From NCBI GenBank assembly GCA_005883615.1, contig VBEC01000019.1, forward strand, positions 45,032 through 109,031: a DNA stretch of 64,000 nucleotides, written 5' to 3'. The notes below the pieces were generated by a model that saw only the letters and a list, made by a program, of their open reading frames with translations, did not search any database and was not told the origin of the DNA. Shown piece by piece: positions 27,626 to 37,755 of this stretch. The translations under genes and the position numbers were made by a program. Source of the stretch: Chloroflexota bacterium. Its GTDB lineage: Bacteria > Chloroflexota > Limnocylindria > Limnocylindrales > CSP1-4. Every line of letters starts with the position of its first letter. Position 1 is the first letter of the stretch.

Positions 27626-28652
27626 GCACGGGATCGACGACGTTGATCAATGGCCGGCCGTTCGTGAACCGTCGCAGATTCTCCGCAACGAGGTCGCGCA
27701 GGGCAGTCCCCGCCTCGGAGCCCGACACGTGGGGTGTGAGGATCGCGCCGGGCGCGTTCCAGAGAGGGCTGTCCGGGGGAAGGGGCTCCTCGTCGAATAC
27801 GTCCAGCACCGCCCCCCCCAGGCGATGTTGGGTGAGCGCCTCGAGCAGCGCGGTCTGCTCGATCACCGGTCCGCGACCGGTATTGATGATCCACGCGTCC
27901 GCCCGGAGAGCGGCGAGCACTTGCCGGTCGACCAACCCGCGTGATTCGGGCGTAAGGGGAACGGTCACGGCCACGAAGTCGGCCTCGGCCGCGGTCTCAT
28001 GCAGGCGGTCCAGGCCCACGATCTTCTCGGGAATGGAACCATCGGGGTCGCCCGTCCCGGGCGCGCGGAATGAATCGTCGACCCGCTTCTCGGGGCGGGC
28101 CGTCACCGCAAGGACCCGCATCCCGAAAGCCGCGGCAAGGCGTGCAATTTCCCGCCCTATGCCGCCATACCCGAGAATGACCAGCGTGGTCCCCCGGACG
28201 GGCCGGCCGGTGAACCGGTTCTCATCCTCGGGCCAACGGCGGTCTCGCTGCAATTCACGCCGGGCGTCTACCTGCTCGGTAACGCGCAGGATCGCGCCCA
28301 TGACGTACTGCCCGATGGCGGGCGCATAGACCCCCCGCGCGTTCGTCAAGGTCACTGCCCGCGGCCACTGTCCTGAACCGAGCAGGTGTTCAACGCCTGC
28401 GGACAGGACCTGCTGCCAGCGCAGGTCAGGCGCCTTTCGCGGGTCGCTCGGGCGGTGCTGCGCGATCAGCCCGACCACCCCCGGCCCGACAGCGTCGTCG
28501 ACCGCTTGCTGGTCCATGCCGGGGGCGAGCCAGAGCTCAAAGCCGGCATCGACGGTGTCCCGAAGCACGTCGATGTCGTGCCGGTCGAAGCGGAAGGCGA
28601 GGGCGATCTGCCCACCGCGGGTCGCCGGCTCAGACTGGGCTCGCGCGGTCAC
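27615..28652 (-). CDS. D-isomer-specific 2-hydroxyacid dehydrogenase family protein
   Basis: GYGGIGREIARLAAAFGM NAD-binding motif and catalytic-region residues R, E and H. The GTG start overlaps the MocA stop in the pattern GTGA. Confidence 0.8.
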   Translation of the reverse strand: MTARAQSEPATRGGQIALAFRFDRHDIDVLRDTVDAGFELWLAPGMDQQAVDDAVGPGVVGLIAQHRPSDPRKAPDLRWQQVLSAGVEHLLGSGQWPRAVTLTNARGVYAPAIGQYVMGAILRVTEQVDARRELQRDRRWPEDENRFTGRPVRGTTLVILGYGGIGREIARLAAAFGMRVLAVTARPEKRVDDSFRAPGTGDPDGSIPEKIVGLDRLHETAAEADFVAVTVPLTPESRGLVDRQVLAALRADAWIINTGRGPVIEQTALLEALTQHRLGGAVLDVFDEEPLPPDSPLWNAPGAILTPHVSGSEAGTALRDLVAENLRRFTNGRPLINVVDPVRGY

Positions 28653-29701
28653 GCCGGGCCGGGCGAGAGCGGGAAGGTCACGACTCGATGCTCCGCGGCC
28701 GATGTCGACGCGGCCTGGGCCATCTCGATGGCTGCCCTGCCGTCGACCCCGGTGATGCGCGGCGGACGGCCGCCGCGAAGGTCGTCGACGAAGCCCTGGA
28801 CTTGCCGGGCAGTGTTCGCAACTCGACGGGGATCGCGAGGCTTGAACTCCGGAATTGTCCAACTTGGGAGCTCCCAGACCCGCACGTCGCGCTTGCCCGT
28901 CACCAGCTCCACGCGGTCGAGGTCCCAGAAGATCGAGCCCTCGGAGCCGACGACCAGGTACTGGTTGTTCCGCCCGGTCCCAAGGCCGGACGGGGGGACC
29001 TCGTAGCACAGCAGGATCTGGGCGACGACGCCATTGGAGAGGCGGAACTGCACGCAGGCGGTCGGCCCCTCGAGCGGCAGGCCCGTGAAGTTCTCGTAGT
29101 CGGAGTAGACCCTCACCGCCTCAGCGCCCGTGAACCAGCGAATGGCATCGCAGCAGTGAGAGCCCCAGTCCAGAAAGGCGTCGCCCTCGCCCGGGAGGTA
29201 TGACCAGTGGTTGCCGGGATCGATACCCAGGCCCGGGATGACGCTCATCGGCCGCAGGTAGCGGATCTCGCCGATGAGGCCCTGGTCGACGTACTCCTTC
29301 GCCCGCATCGACATCTCCATGTGGCGGGTCTGCTTGGCGATGGTGAGCTGGACGCCAGCAGCCCGGCTGGCGTCGATGATCAGGTCGCACTCGGCGACAT
29401 TGAGCGCCATCGGCTTTTCCAGATAGACGTGCTTGCCAGCCGTGGCTGCCGCGAGTGCCAAGGGCAGATGCGTCGAGTGCGGCGTGGCAATGATCGCGAC
29501 GTCGACGTCGGGTCGATCGAGCAGGGCTCCGACCGAGGGCGCCGCAGGCACTCCGAACTCGCCGGCCAGCGCGTCGGCTCGTGACCCGAGTGCGATCGCG
29601 ACAAGCCGCCCGCCAGTCACCTGGGTCGTCAGCGCATCGCCGTAGACCCTGGCCATGTTGCCGGACCCAAGGATCCCAAATCCGACGTCGTCGCCAGTCA
29701 T
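28649..29701 (-). CDS. Gfo/Idh/MocA family oxidoreductase
   Basis: Starts MTGDDVGFGILGSGNMA and has an EKPMALN motif. Confidence 0.9.
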   Translation of the reverse strand: MTGDDVGFGILGSGNMARVYGDALTTQVTGGRLVAIALGSRADALAGEFGVPAAPSVGALLDRPDVDVAIIATPHSTHLPLALAAATAGKHVYLEKPMALNVAECDLIIDASRAAGVQLTIAKQTRHMEMSMRAKEYVDQGLIGEIRYLRPMSVIPGLGIDPGNHWSYLPGEGDAFLDWGSHCCDAIRWFTGAEAVRVYSDYENFTGLPLEGPTACVQFRLSNGVVAQILLCYEVPPSGLGTGRNNQYLVVGSEGSIFWDLDRVELVTGKRDVRVWELPSWTIPEFKPRDPRRVANTARQVQGFVDDLRGGRPPRITGVDGRAAIEMAQAASTSAAEHRVVTFPLSPGPA

Positions 29702-29711
29702 CGCGTCCTCG

Positions 29712-30941
29712 TCATGCGTACTCGATGTTCCCGGGTCGGAAGGGATATGCGGCGATGGTCTCGGGCAGGAGTGTCACACCGAGGCCCGGTGCGGTTGGCG
29801 CCTCGAGCATCCCGTCGACGAGCCGGGGCGGGTCGATGAGCAGCTCCTCGCGGATGTTGTTGGGTGCCAGAGCGTACTCGACGTACCTGGCATTTGGGCT
29901 GGCGAATGCGACGTGGAGGTTGGCCATGAACCCGGGCCCGACTGCCCCCCCGGTGTGCACGATCAGGCCTGCATGGTGCTCCTCGGCCATCGCGGCCACA
30001 CGACGGCAGGGTCCCACCCCGCCGACATGGGTGGCATCAGGCTGCACATAGTCGAGGGCGCCCATCTGCAACCACTGGGCGAACTCCGCCTCACCTGTGA
30101 GGCACTCTCCGCCGGCGATCGGGACACGAGTCAGCCTCCGAAGCTCGGCGTATCCAGCCGGGTCGTCATAGCGCAGCGGCTCCTCGTAGAAGAGGAGATC
30201 GAATTCCTCGATCGCGCGCGCCAGGTCGAGGGCCGTGCGGCGAGACCATGGCTCGCGCACCTGCACCGCGTGGCCGTCGATCGCCAACTCGACTCCTTGC
30301 CCGAGGGTCGCGCGCAGCCCCGCGAACTTGGCTCGTTCGTCCTCTATTCGGTCACCCGTCGTGCCGGCATGCCACGTGCCATACGGCGGCGGGACGTTCC
30401 CGGTCCACAGCCCTCCCGGCCGATCGGTGAAACCGGTACCGAGCTTGAGAGCTCGAAAGCCCAAGCCGATGTAGAGCTGCGCCTGCTCCACGGTTTTTTC
30501 GACTGGCCAGGTTCCGGTACCACCCGACGCGTACAGGGGGAGCCGGGCGTGGGCCGCTCCGCCCAGCAGCGCATGGACCGGTTTACTGGCCGCCTTGCCG
30601 GCGAGGTCCCAGAGTGCCATCTCGACTCCCGACAGCACCGAGACCGCCAGCCCGACGCGGCCCCACCATAGCGAGCGCTGGTACAGCTCATCGTAGACTC
30701 GTTCGGGCTGGAGGGGGTCCAGCCGCAGGTCCACCAGCAAGCTGCGGTAGTAGTCGACCAGGGGCGGCACGACCTCCGGGCAGAAGTAGCCCATCACCGT
30801 CTCGCCGAGTCCGTCGAGCCCTTCATCCGTCTCGACCCGGATCAGGGCTGCGGTGCGCACGAACTCGGTTCCCTGCACCCAGAACGGATCGCCGGTCCAG
30901 GGCGCGGTGATCAGGATGGTCTTGAGGTCAGTGACCTTCAT
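29712..30941 (-). CDS. enolase superfamily (MR/MLE, D-galactonate/rhamnonate dehydratase-like) enzyme
   Basis: Starts MKVTDLKTILITAP and has ALWDLAGKA, AIDGH and FYEEP motifs. Confidence 0.9.
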   Translation of the reverse strand: MKVTDLKTILITAPWTGDPFWVQGTEFVRTAALIRVETDEGLDGLGETVMGYFCPEVVPPLVDYYRSLLVDLRLDPLQPERVYDELYQRSLWWGRVGLAVSVLSGVEMALWDLAGKAASKPVHALLGGAAHARLPLYASGGTGTWPVEKTVEQAQLYIGLGFRALKLGTGFTDRPGGLWTGNVPPPYGTWHAGTTGDRIEDERAKFAGLRATLGQGVELAIDGHAVQVREPWSRRTALDLARAIEEFDLLFYEEPLRYDDPAGYAELRRLTRVPIAGGECLTGEAEFAQWLQMGALDYVQPDATHVGGVGPCRRVAAMAEEHHAGLIVHTGGAVGPGFMANLHVAFASPNARYVEYALAPNNIREELLIDPPRLVDGMLEAPTAPGLGVTLLPETIAAYPFRPGNIEYA

Positions 30942-30975
30942 ATCGTCAAGCGGACAGCGAGTCCGGCCGCTCGTG

Positions 30976-32016
30976 TCATGCGGGCGGGCGGATCACGATA
31001 TCGCGTGGTGTCGCGCTGGTGGCCGCCACCCCACAGAGTGCCGCATCCTCGGCCAGCTCTGCGGCGATCGAGCGGAGGACCCGCCGGACGCCTGCCGTCC
31101 CGCCGAGCGCCAGGCCCCACATCACCGGGCGACCCACCGTGACCGCGCGTGCCCCCAGTGCAAGCGCGGTCAGGGCGTCCGAGCCGCTTCGGATCCCGCC
31201 ATCGAGATAGATCTCAGCCGACTCACCGACCGCGGCCACGATCTCCGGCAGGGCATCGATCGTCGCGACCGCCCGGTGGAGCTGACGGCCGCCATGGTTT
31301 GAAACGATGATGCCGCGCGCCCCACTGTTGACCGCTCTTCTGGCATCGTCGGGGTGGAGGATGCCCTTTGGAACGATCGGTAGCGTGGTCCTGGCCGCCA
31401 GCCACTCGAGATAGGACCATGTGTTGCCCGCATCGAGGCCTGGCGACTCCTCGAAGTGGCCGAAGCTGAGGCCCGCAGGAAGCCGGAAACCCGCCCGAGG
31501 CGGCGTGTGAGCGACCCCGATCGGCGTGTTCACGAGGGGCACGATCGCGCGGCATCCTGCCGCTTCCGCCCGCTCCACGACCCGGGCCAGGGCGTCGCGA
31601 TTATCCCAGTTGTAGAGCTGGAACCACAGTGTCGCGTCCGGCGCGGCGCTGCGAATCTCCTCGACCGAGGTCGTCGCATTCACGGCGACGATCAAGGCCG
31701 CTCCCACTTCGGCGACCGCACGCGCCGTTGCAATCTCACCTTCTTCGTCCACCACCCGCTGGAGGGCCAACGGAGCAACCAGCAGCGGGACCTCGAGCGG
31801 AGTACCGAGCAGGGTGACCGCAGTGGATACAGTAGAAACGTCTTCCAGCACGTGCGGCCTCATGCGCCACCGGCGGAAGGCAGCAACGTTGTCAATCGCC
31901 GATTGTTCGTCTCCGGCTCCCGATCGGATCCATTCGTAGACCGGGGTTTCGAGGACGAGCCGGGCGACGTCGCCGAAGCTGTCGAGCGGGATCCTATCCA
32001 GCAGCCGGTCGCTCAC
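30976..32016 (-). CDS. FMN-dependent alpha-hydroxy acid oxidase/dehydrogenase (glycolate oxidase / L-lactate oxidase family)
   Basis: WFQLY, VSNHGGRQL and DGGIRSGSD motifs are present. Confidence 0.9.
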   Translation of the reverse strand: MSDRLLDRIPLDSFGDVARLVLETPVYEWIRSGAGDEQSAIDNVAAFRRWRMRPHVLEDVSTVSTAVTLLGTPLEVPLLVAPLALQRVVDEEGEIATARAVAEVGAALIVAVNATTSVEEIRSAAPDATLWFQLYNWDNRDALARVVERAEAAGCRAIVPLVNTPIGVAHTPPRAGFRLPAGLSFGHFEESPGLDAGNTWSYLEWLAARTTLPIVPKGILHPDDARRAVNSGARGIIVSNHGGRQLHRAVATIDALPEIVAAVGESAEIYLDGGIRSGSDALTALALGARAVTVGRPVMWGLALGGTAGVRRVLRSIAAELAEDAALCGVAATSATPRDIVIRPPA

Positions 32017-32141
32017 GACGACATGACCCGAGCGGTCACAATTTCCTCCCCAGAACGCTCAACTGCGAGCGCGACTGGATACTCCTGGCACCCTTCAGCG
32101 GAGTGTAGACAATCCTTTGCTGGCCACACCCCCATGGCTGG

Positions 32142-34148
32142 CTAGCCAAAGCCGGAAGCCTGGTCGCTCCGGTCGGCGGCCAGGTGGCGATCCAGCCACG
32201 TGTCGATGATCGACCTGCGGGCGGCGCGCCGGCTGGGGCGGCCGAAGAGATTCACCAGGTGGCCTTCGCCCGGGATACGCACTTGGCGAACGTCCCGACC
32301 AAGGCTTCGAAGGGCGCCGAACAGTTCATCGCTCTGGCTGGTTGGGCAGTTCTGATCAAGCTCGGCGTGCAGGATGAGGAGAGGCGTTCGGATGCGATCG
32401 ACATACCGGATGGGTGACCGCGTGAGGTAGGCCTGCGGACGGTTCCAGGGCGTCCCGCCGAGCTCCGAGCGCCAGAAGGCCGGCCCGCTCGGGCCAGCGT
32501 ACGCGGCTACGAGGTCGCTGAGGCTGTTCTCGGTCACGGCGACCCGAAAGCGGTTCGTGTGGGCAACGGCCCAGTTCGTCATGTAGCCGCCGTAGCTCTC
32601 GCCCATGATCGCCAGTCGGCTCGGATCGACGCTGGCGGTGGCGATTGCCGACTCGACGAGGCCCATGAGGTCACGGTAGTCGCCGCCGCCCCAGTCGCCG
32701 CGAATGGAGGTCGCGAATGCGGCGCCGTAGCCCTGGCTGCCGCGGGGATTGCCGGTCAACACCGCGTAGCCCCGGGCCGCGACGCGCTGCACCTCCAAGG
32801 CGAAGCGTTCTCCAACCGGGTAGTGAGGCCCGCCATGCACCTCCACGATGAGGGGCACGGGCCCATCGGCCCCGGGGGGCCCGGGTGGCAGCGTGAGCCA
32901 GCCCGACACTTCAAATCCGTCGGGGGACTGGTGCCGGATCGATCGTGGGAGGCTGAGGTCCAAGTCACGCATCCAGCTCTGGTTGACGCGGCTCAGCGCG
33001 CGTTCGTCCATCCCGTCGCCGCGAACGACCGCCACCTCGCCGGGATCGAGCGGCGTGGAGGCGACGAATGCAACGACGTCGGCGGCTCGGGCGACGGCGA
33101 ATGCGAGGCATGCCCGTTGCCCGTCAACTACGCGTCGCCGGCCACCATCGCGCCCGAATGCGTCCACGCCGCTGACGCCTCCGTCGGCGTAGGCGACAAG
33201 GATGGAGCGCCCATCGGCCGACCAGGCGAGATCGGGCGTGCCGAAACCGCGCTCGTCCTCGCCACGAACAACCAGCCCCAGGCTTCTGTCGATGTCGCTG
33301 ATGCGTTCGGCAGGGCCACCGCGAGCATTCACCACCCAAAGCTCGACGTTCTCGCCCTGCGCGTCGGCATGGCGATGGCCAAGGAAGGCGATCTCGGAGC
33401 CGTCCGGCGACCACGCGAGTGCTCGGATCGGTCCGGCCTCCGTAACGAGTCGCCGCCGGCCCGAGCCATCGGGGCGAACGATCCACAGGCCAGTTCGAGT
33501 GCTCCATTCCCGGTCCTGGCGGTGGCTCGACAGGAAGGCGATGAAGTCGCCGCGCGGCGACCACGTGGCGGCCCACTCCTCCCAGGGCTCCTGCGTCAGG
33601 CACGTCGCGGGCCCGCCTCGCAACGGCTGAACCCAGACGCGCGTCCCGGCGGGTCTTGGCCGAACTCCGACAGCGTCGACGCGGTAGCCCATCGATTGAA
33701 TCTCGTACGGTCGATCGTTGCCGGGTGGCGAATCGGGCTGCAGGACGACGGCAACCAGGCGCTCTCCGTCGGGCGCCCACTCGACAGAGCGAACGACGCC
33801 CGTAACCCTCGCGGGAGCGCGAGCAGCGCCAGCATCCACATCGAGGACTCTGCTCGTCGTCTGATCGCCACGGGTCGAGACGACAGCGAGCCGCCGTCCG
33901 TCAGGCGCCCATCGAGGTGCTCGATCGGCGACGCCCATCGAGGTAAGACAGCCCCCCCGGCTTCCGTCGATCTCCCGCCAGTGGACCTCGTAGGCCATTC
34001 GATCGGCCTCAGGGTCGAGGTACGAGACCTCGAAGGCTATACGTCGTCCATCGGGCGACAGGTCGGGGTCTCCGACCCAACGAATCCGGTACCAGTCGTC
34101 GGCTCCGACGACCCGACCTCGCTCCTGCATCGATCGCGTTCCAGTCAA
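32142..34148 (-). CDS. S9 family peptidase (prolyl oligopeptidase / acylaminoacyl-peptidase-like) with an N-terminal beta-propeller
   Basis: Catalytic GESYGGYMT, a Ser-Asp-His triad segment, and no signal peptide. The start overlaps the ADH stop in an ATGA pattern. Confidence 0.9.
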   Translation of the reverse strand: MTGTRSMQERGRVVGADDWYRIRWVGDPDLSPDGRRIAFEVSYLDPEADRMAYEVHWREIDGSRGGCLTSMGVADRAPRWAPDGRRLAVVSTRGDQTTSRVLDVDAGAARAPARVTGVVRSVEWAPDGERLVAVVLQPDSPPGNDRPYEIQSMGYRVDAVGVRPRPAGTRVWVQPLRGGPATCLTQEPWEEWAATWSPRGDFIAFLSSHRQDREWSTRTGLWIVRPDGSGRRRLVTEAGPIRALAWSPDGSEIAFLGHRHADAQGENVELWVVNARGGPAERISDIDRSLGLVVRGEDERGFGTPDLAWSADGRSILVAYADGGVSGVDAFGRDGGRRRVVDGQRACLAFAVARAADVVAFVASTPLDPGEVAVVRGDGMDERALSRVNQSWMRDLDLSLPRSIRHQSPDGFEVSGWLTLPPGPPGADGPVPLIVEVHGGPHYPVGERFALEVQRVAARGYAVLTGNPRGSQGYGAAFATSIRGDWGGGDYRDLMGLVESAIATASVDPSRLAIMGESYGGYMTNWAVAHTNRFRVAVTENSLSDLVAAYAGPSGPAFWRSELGGTPWNRPQAYLTRSPIRYVDRIRTPLLILHAELDQNCPTSQSDELFGALRSLGRDVRQVRIPGEGHLVNLFGRPSRRAARRSIIDTWLDRHLAADRSDQASGFG

Positions 34149-35254
34149 GAGGCGTCGTACGCCAGAACGACGGTCGGTGGTCGATCCTCTGCCTGCAGCA
34201 GGTCGTAGGCCTCGGGGGCCCGATCGAACGGGACCGTCACCGGCGAAAGTGGCGCCACCTTCACCTTGCCTTCATCGAGCAAGCGCAGGAACGCGGCCTG
34301 GTTGCGGTTCTCGGTCCAGCGCACCCAGCCGATGGGGTAGTCACTGTTGCCTTCCTCGTACACCGGGTCATAGCGGCCCGGCCCGTAGGCACGGACCGGC
34401 CGGATAGTCACCTCGTTCTCGAACATGCGCTGGCGGTCGATCTGCCAGCCGAACTGACCCAGTGCGACGACATTTCCCCTCTGCCGGCAGAGATCGAACG
34501 AAAGGTTGAGGGGTTCTTCCGATTCAGTCTGGACCGCGAGGATCACCGAATCGGCTCCGAACCCGTCGGTGGCCCCCCGGACGATTTCCAGCGGGTTATT
34601 GCGGCGAGGATCGTGGACATCAGGGATTCCGAGCTCCCGCGCAAGTTGCAACCGTCGCCCATCGAGATCGAAGCCAATGACCCGGAGGCCCGCGGCCCCT
34701 GCGATCTGCCCGGCAAGCAGCCCGAGGAGGCCAAGGCCATAGATCACGACGGTCTCGCCGAACTGGCAGCGGGTCTCGCGCACGGAGGCCATTCCGATCG
34801 CCCCAAGCGTCACGAAGGCGGCGTCCCGCAGGGGGACCTGATCTGGAACCCGGACTGTCAGGTTGCGCGGGACCGCGACTCGCTCGGCGTGATGAGCACA
34901 CTGACTGCCGGAGCACGCCACGGCGTCGCCCGGCGACAGGTCGAGCACGTCGGCGCCTACTGCCAGCACGCGCCCGGCGAGACTGTAGCCAATCGAGAAG
35001 TGACCCGGCAGGACAGGCCGCGGCAGGGGTCCCCGTCGAACGCCAGCGTTTCGGATCTTGGGCCAGTGCGGAGGGTCGCCCGGATACTCGCTCGCGGTGA
35101 ATGTGGGGTCGCCGGAGCCTTCGATGAAGTACCGTTCCGTTCCGGCGCTGATGGCCGAGAAATGGGTCTGGACGAGGACGTCACCGGCGCGCAGCTCGGG
35201 CTCCGGCACGTCGCGTACCACCGCCCGCCCGCCCGCCGCGAGGACGCGCTTCAT
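34145..35254 (-). CDS. zinc-binding alcohol dehydrogenase (MDR) family protein
   Basis: An N-terminal GroES-like domain with the Cys/His zinc ligands, and a GLGLLGLLAGQ Rossmann motif. Confidence 0.85.
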   Translation of the reverse strand: MKRVLAAGGRAVVRDVPEPELRAGDVLVQTHFSAISAGTERYFIEGSGDPTFTASEYPGDPPHWPKIRNAGVRRGPLPRPVLPGHFSIGYSLAGRVLAVGADVLDLSPGDAVACSGSQCAHHAERVAVPRNLTVRVPDQVPLRDAAFVTLGAIGMASVRETRCQFGETVVIYGLGLLGLLAGQIAGAAGLRVIGFDLDGRRLQLARELGIPDVHDPRRNNPLEIVRGATDGFGADSVILAVQTESEEPLNLSFDLCRQRGNVVALGQFGWQIDRQRMFENEVTIRPVRAYGPGRYDPVYEEGNSDYPIGWVRWTENRNQAAFLRLLDEGKVKVAPLSPVTVPFDRAPEAYDLLQAEDRPPTVVLAYDAS

Positions 35255-35375
35255 GACCGCCGAGCTCGATTCCGGAGGATGCCGGCCAGGCCCGCCGAGG
35301 CGATCCCGACTTGCGGGTGGCCGCGTGCGCCGGACGCCGCTCGGGCAGCCGCCAGAGGCATCACCTCGACCCGTA

Positions 35376-36566
35376 TCAGGCCGTGACCGCGACGGGGTGT
35401 GCCGAGCTCGAAACCAACCCGCTATCTACCGCCCGCTGACGGATCTGCTGTTCGTCCGGCTCCACACCCAATCCTGGCCCGCTCGGGATCTCGAACCAGC
35501 CTTCGACCATCGATAGCGGCCGGGTCAACAGGTCGGTCCTGAACGGGTTCTCGGTGGTGTCGTATTCGAGCAGCGGGGCGAACGTCGAGAGGGACCTCGT
35601 CGGGTCGGGCAGCAGCGCAAGCACCTGGAGGGTCGCTGCGAGCATGATCGCACCGCCCCACATGTGGGGGACGCACCCGACACCGCGGAGCTGAGCGAGA
35701 TCGGCGATGAGCTGGGCCTCTCCAACGCCGCCGCAGATCGACACGTCCGGCTGGACGATGTCGAAGATCCCACGTTCGAAACAGGCCTGGGCTTCCCTCC
35801 GATCGGCGATGCCCTCCCCGCCGGCCAGGGCAATGTCGAGCGCATCGTGGATGCGCTCGTAGCCCGCGTAGCCGTCTTGAGGCGCTGGCTCCTCGAACCA
35901 GACGAAGCCGAGGCGTTCCAGCCCATGACCCATTTCTATTGCCTGCGGGAGCGTGTAGGCAGCGTTCCCGTCGGCCATCAGCTCGATGCCGGGCGGTAGC
36001 CGCGACATGGCTGTCTCGATGGCGGCAAGCTCGTGTCTGATCGGGTGGCGACCGACGCGCAGCTTGATGGCCCTAAAGCCCTCGGCGGCCAGCGATGGCA
36101 GGTCGCGCTGCCAGGTCAGCGTCGGGTCGACCTCGCGCTCGCCGGCGCCCTCGCCCTCGACCTCGTATCCGGCACTCGAGGCGTAAGCTCGAACCCGATT
36201 GCGGACCGGCCCGCCGTACAGCCCCGCCAGCGGCATCCCGAGCTGCCGCGCCCGCAGATCATCCAGCGCGATCGACATCGCGCTCGTCGCGAGATTGCTG
36301 CCCGAAGCCGCGGCCACGTCACGCCAGATCGAATTGGCCGCGAGTGGGTCTCGAGCGACCACCGTTTTCGCCGCACCTGCAATCGCGGCAGTAACGCCCG
36401 GTTCGAGGTAGGTCTCACCCCAGCCTGTGATTCCATCCGAGTCGGTGAGCTTGACGAGGACGCACTCCCGCCTTCGGTAGGTCCAGATCGACGGGCCGCG
36501 CGGCGCCGACATGGAATGGGTCAGGACGAACCACTCCGCCCGTTCGATGCGAGAGCCCCGGCTCAC
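35376..36566 (-). CDS. enolase superfamily (MR/MLE) family dehydratase
   Basis: LVKLTDSDGITGWGETY, KLRVG, LMADGNAAYT and FEEP motifs. The GTG start overlaps the ABC ATPase stop in the pattern GTGA. Confidence 0.85.
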   Translation of the reverse strand: MSRGSRIERAEWFVLTHSMSAPRGPSIWTYRRRECVLVKLTDSDGITGWGETYLEPGVTAAIAGAAKTVVARDPLAANSIWRDVAAASGSNLATSAMSIALDDLRARQLGMPLAGLYGGPVRNRVRAYASSAGYEVEGEGAGEREVDPTLTWQRDLPSLAAEGFRAIKLRVGRHPIRHELAAIETAMSRLPPGIELMADGNAAYTLPQAIEMGHGLERLGFVWFEEPAPQDGYAGYERIHDALDIALAGGEGIADRREAQACFERGIFDIVQPDVSICGGVGEAQLIADLAQLRGVGCVPHMWGGAIMLAATLQVLALLPDPTRSLSTFAPLLEYDTTENPFRTDLLTRPLSMVEGWFEIPSGPGLGVEPDEQQIRQRAVDSGLVSSSAHPVAVTA

Positions 36567-37741
36567 GCGTTGATCCGCTCGCCGGTCTCGAGTGCGAAGA
36601 GATGTGTCCGCCCGGCAACGATCTCGCCGGTGACCGGCTGGCCGATCTCGACCCCGAAGTCGGGGGCGGCCCGCGCGACGATGGTCGCCTCGCCGGCGAC
36701 CAGTTCGACGAACGTGTCGGAGCCGATCGGTTCCTTGAGCCCGACAGTCGCCGTGAAGCTGCGGCCCGAGCCGGTCCCGCCGTTCGGCGAGATGCGGACG
36801 TCCTCAGCACGGACGCCGAGGGCGACCTGCGTGCGATCGGTCTCGGCCAAGCGGAGCTCACCAGGCCGTCCGACCCGGACACGGATCGTGCCGTCGTCCG
36901 AGACGAACTGGACGGCGTCGGCGTCGGCCTCGAGTCGGCCGCGCACCAGGCTCATTTTCGGCTTGCCAACGAAGGTGGCGACGTACATGTTGCGTGGCCG
37001 GCCGTAGACCTCGGCCTGGCTCCCGTACTGGACGAGCTTGCCCTCGCTCATGACGGCGATGGCGTCGGACAGCGTCATCGCCTCCTCCTGGTCGTGGGTG
37101 ACGAACACGCTGGTCGTTCCGAGTTGCAGGTGGAGGTGCTTCACCTCCGTCCGCATCCGGCTGCGCAGCGCGGCGTCGAGGTTGCTGAACGGCTCGTCGA
37201 GCAGGAACACCAACGGCTGCTTTACGAGGGCTCGACCGAGCGCCACCCTCTGCTGCTGGCCGCCCGAGAGCTGACTCGGCTTCCGGCGGAGCAGGTGCGC
37301 GATGTCGAGCATCTCGGCGACGACTTTGACGCGCTGCTCGATCTCCTGCCTGGAGCGGCGCTGGAGCTTGAGGCTGAAGGCGATGTTGTCGAACGCCGTC
37401 ATGTGCGGGTAGAGGGCGTAATTCTGGAAGACCATCGCCATCCGTCGCTCGTTTGGCGGGACGCCGGTGATGTCCTGCTCCCCGAGATGCACGCTGCCCG
37501 TATCCGGCTGATCCAGACCGGCGATCAGGTTGAGCGTCGTGCTCTTGCCGCACCCGGAGGGCCCGAGCAGGGTCACGAACGAGCCAGCCGGGATCTCCAG
37601 GGTAAGCTCGTCGACGGCGCGGACCTTCCCGAAGTGGCGCCCAAGACGGTCGAGGCGGAGCGAGGCGCTGCTGATTATCGTCGCTCTCTCCAACGACGGG
37701 CTGGCGCACATGGCGAACGGCGGCGCCGGCAGCGTCGCCAC
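36563..37741 (-). CDS. ABC transporter ATP-binding protein (carbohydrate importer, MalK/UgpC-like)
   Basis: Walker A (GPSGCGKST), LSGGQQQRVALGRAL, Walker B (LLDEP), and a C-terminal TOBE-like domain. The start is either GTG 37741 or ATG 37711. Confidence 0.9.
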   Translation of the reverse strand: MATLPAPPFAMCASPSLERATIISSASLRLDRLGRHFGKVRAVDELTLEIPAGSFVTLLGPSGCGKSTTLNLIAGLDQPDTGSVHLGEQDITGVPPNERRMAMVFQNYALYPHMTAFDNIAFSLKLQRRSRQEIEQRVKVVAEMLDIAHLLRRKPSQLSGGQQQRVALGRALVKQPLVFLLDEPFSNLDAALRSRMRTEVKHLHLQLGTTSVFVTHDQEEAMTLSDAIAVMSEGKLVQYGSQAEVYGRPRNMYVATFVGKPKMSLVRGRLEADADAVQFVSDDGTIRVRVGRPGELRLAETDRTQVALGVRAEDVRISPNGGTGSGRSFTATVGLKEPIGSDTFVELVAGEATIVARAAPDFGVEIGQPVTGEIVAGRTHLFALETGERINA

Positions 37742-37755
37742 CCACCCCGGGTGGG

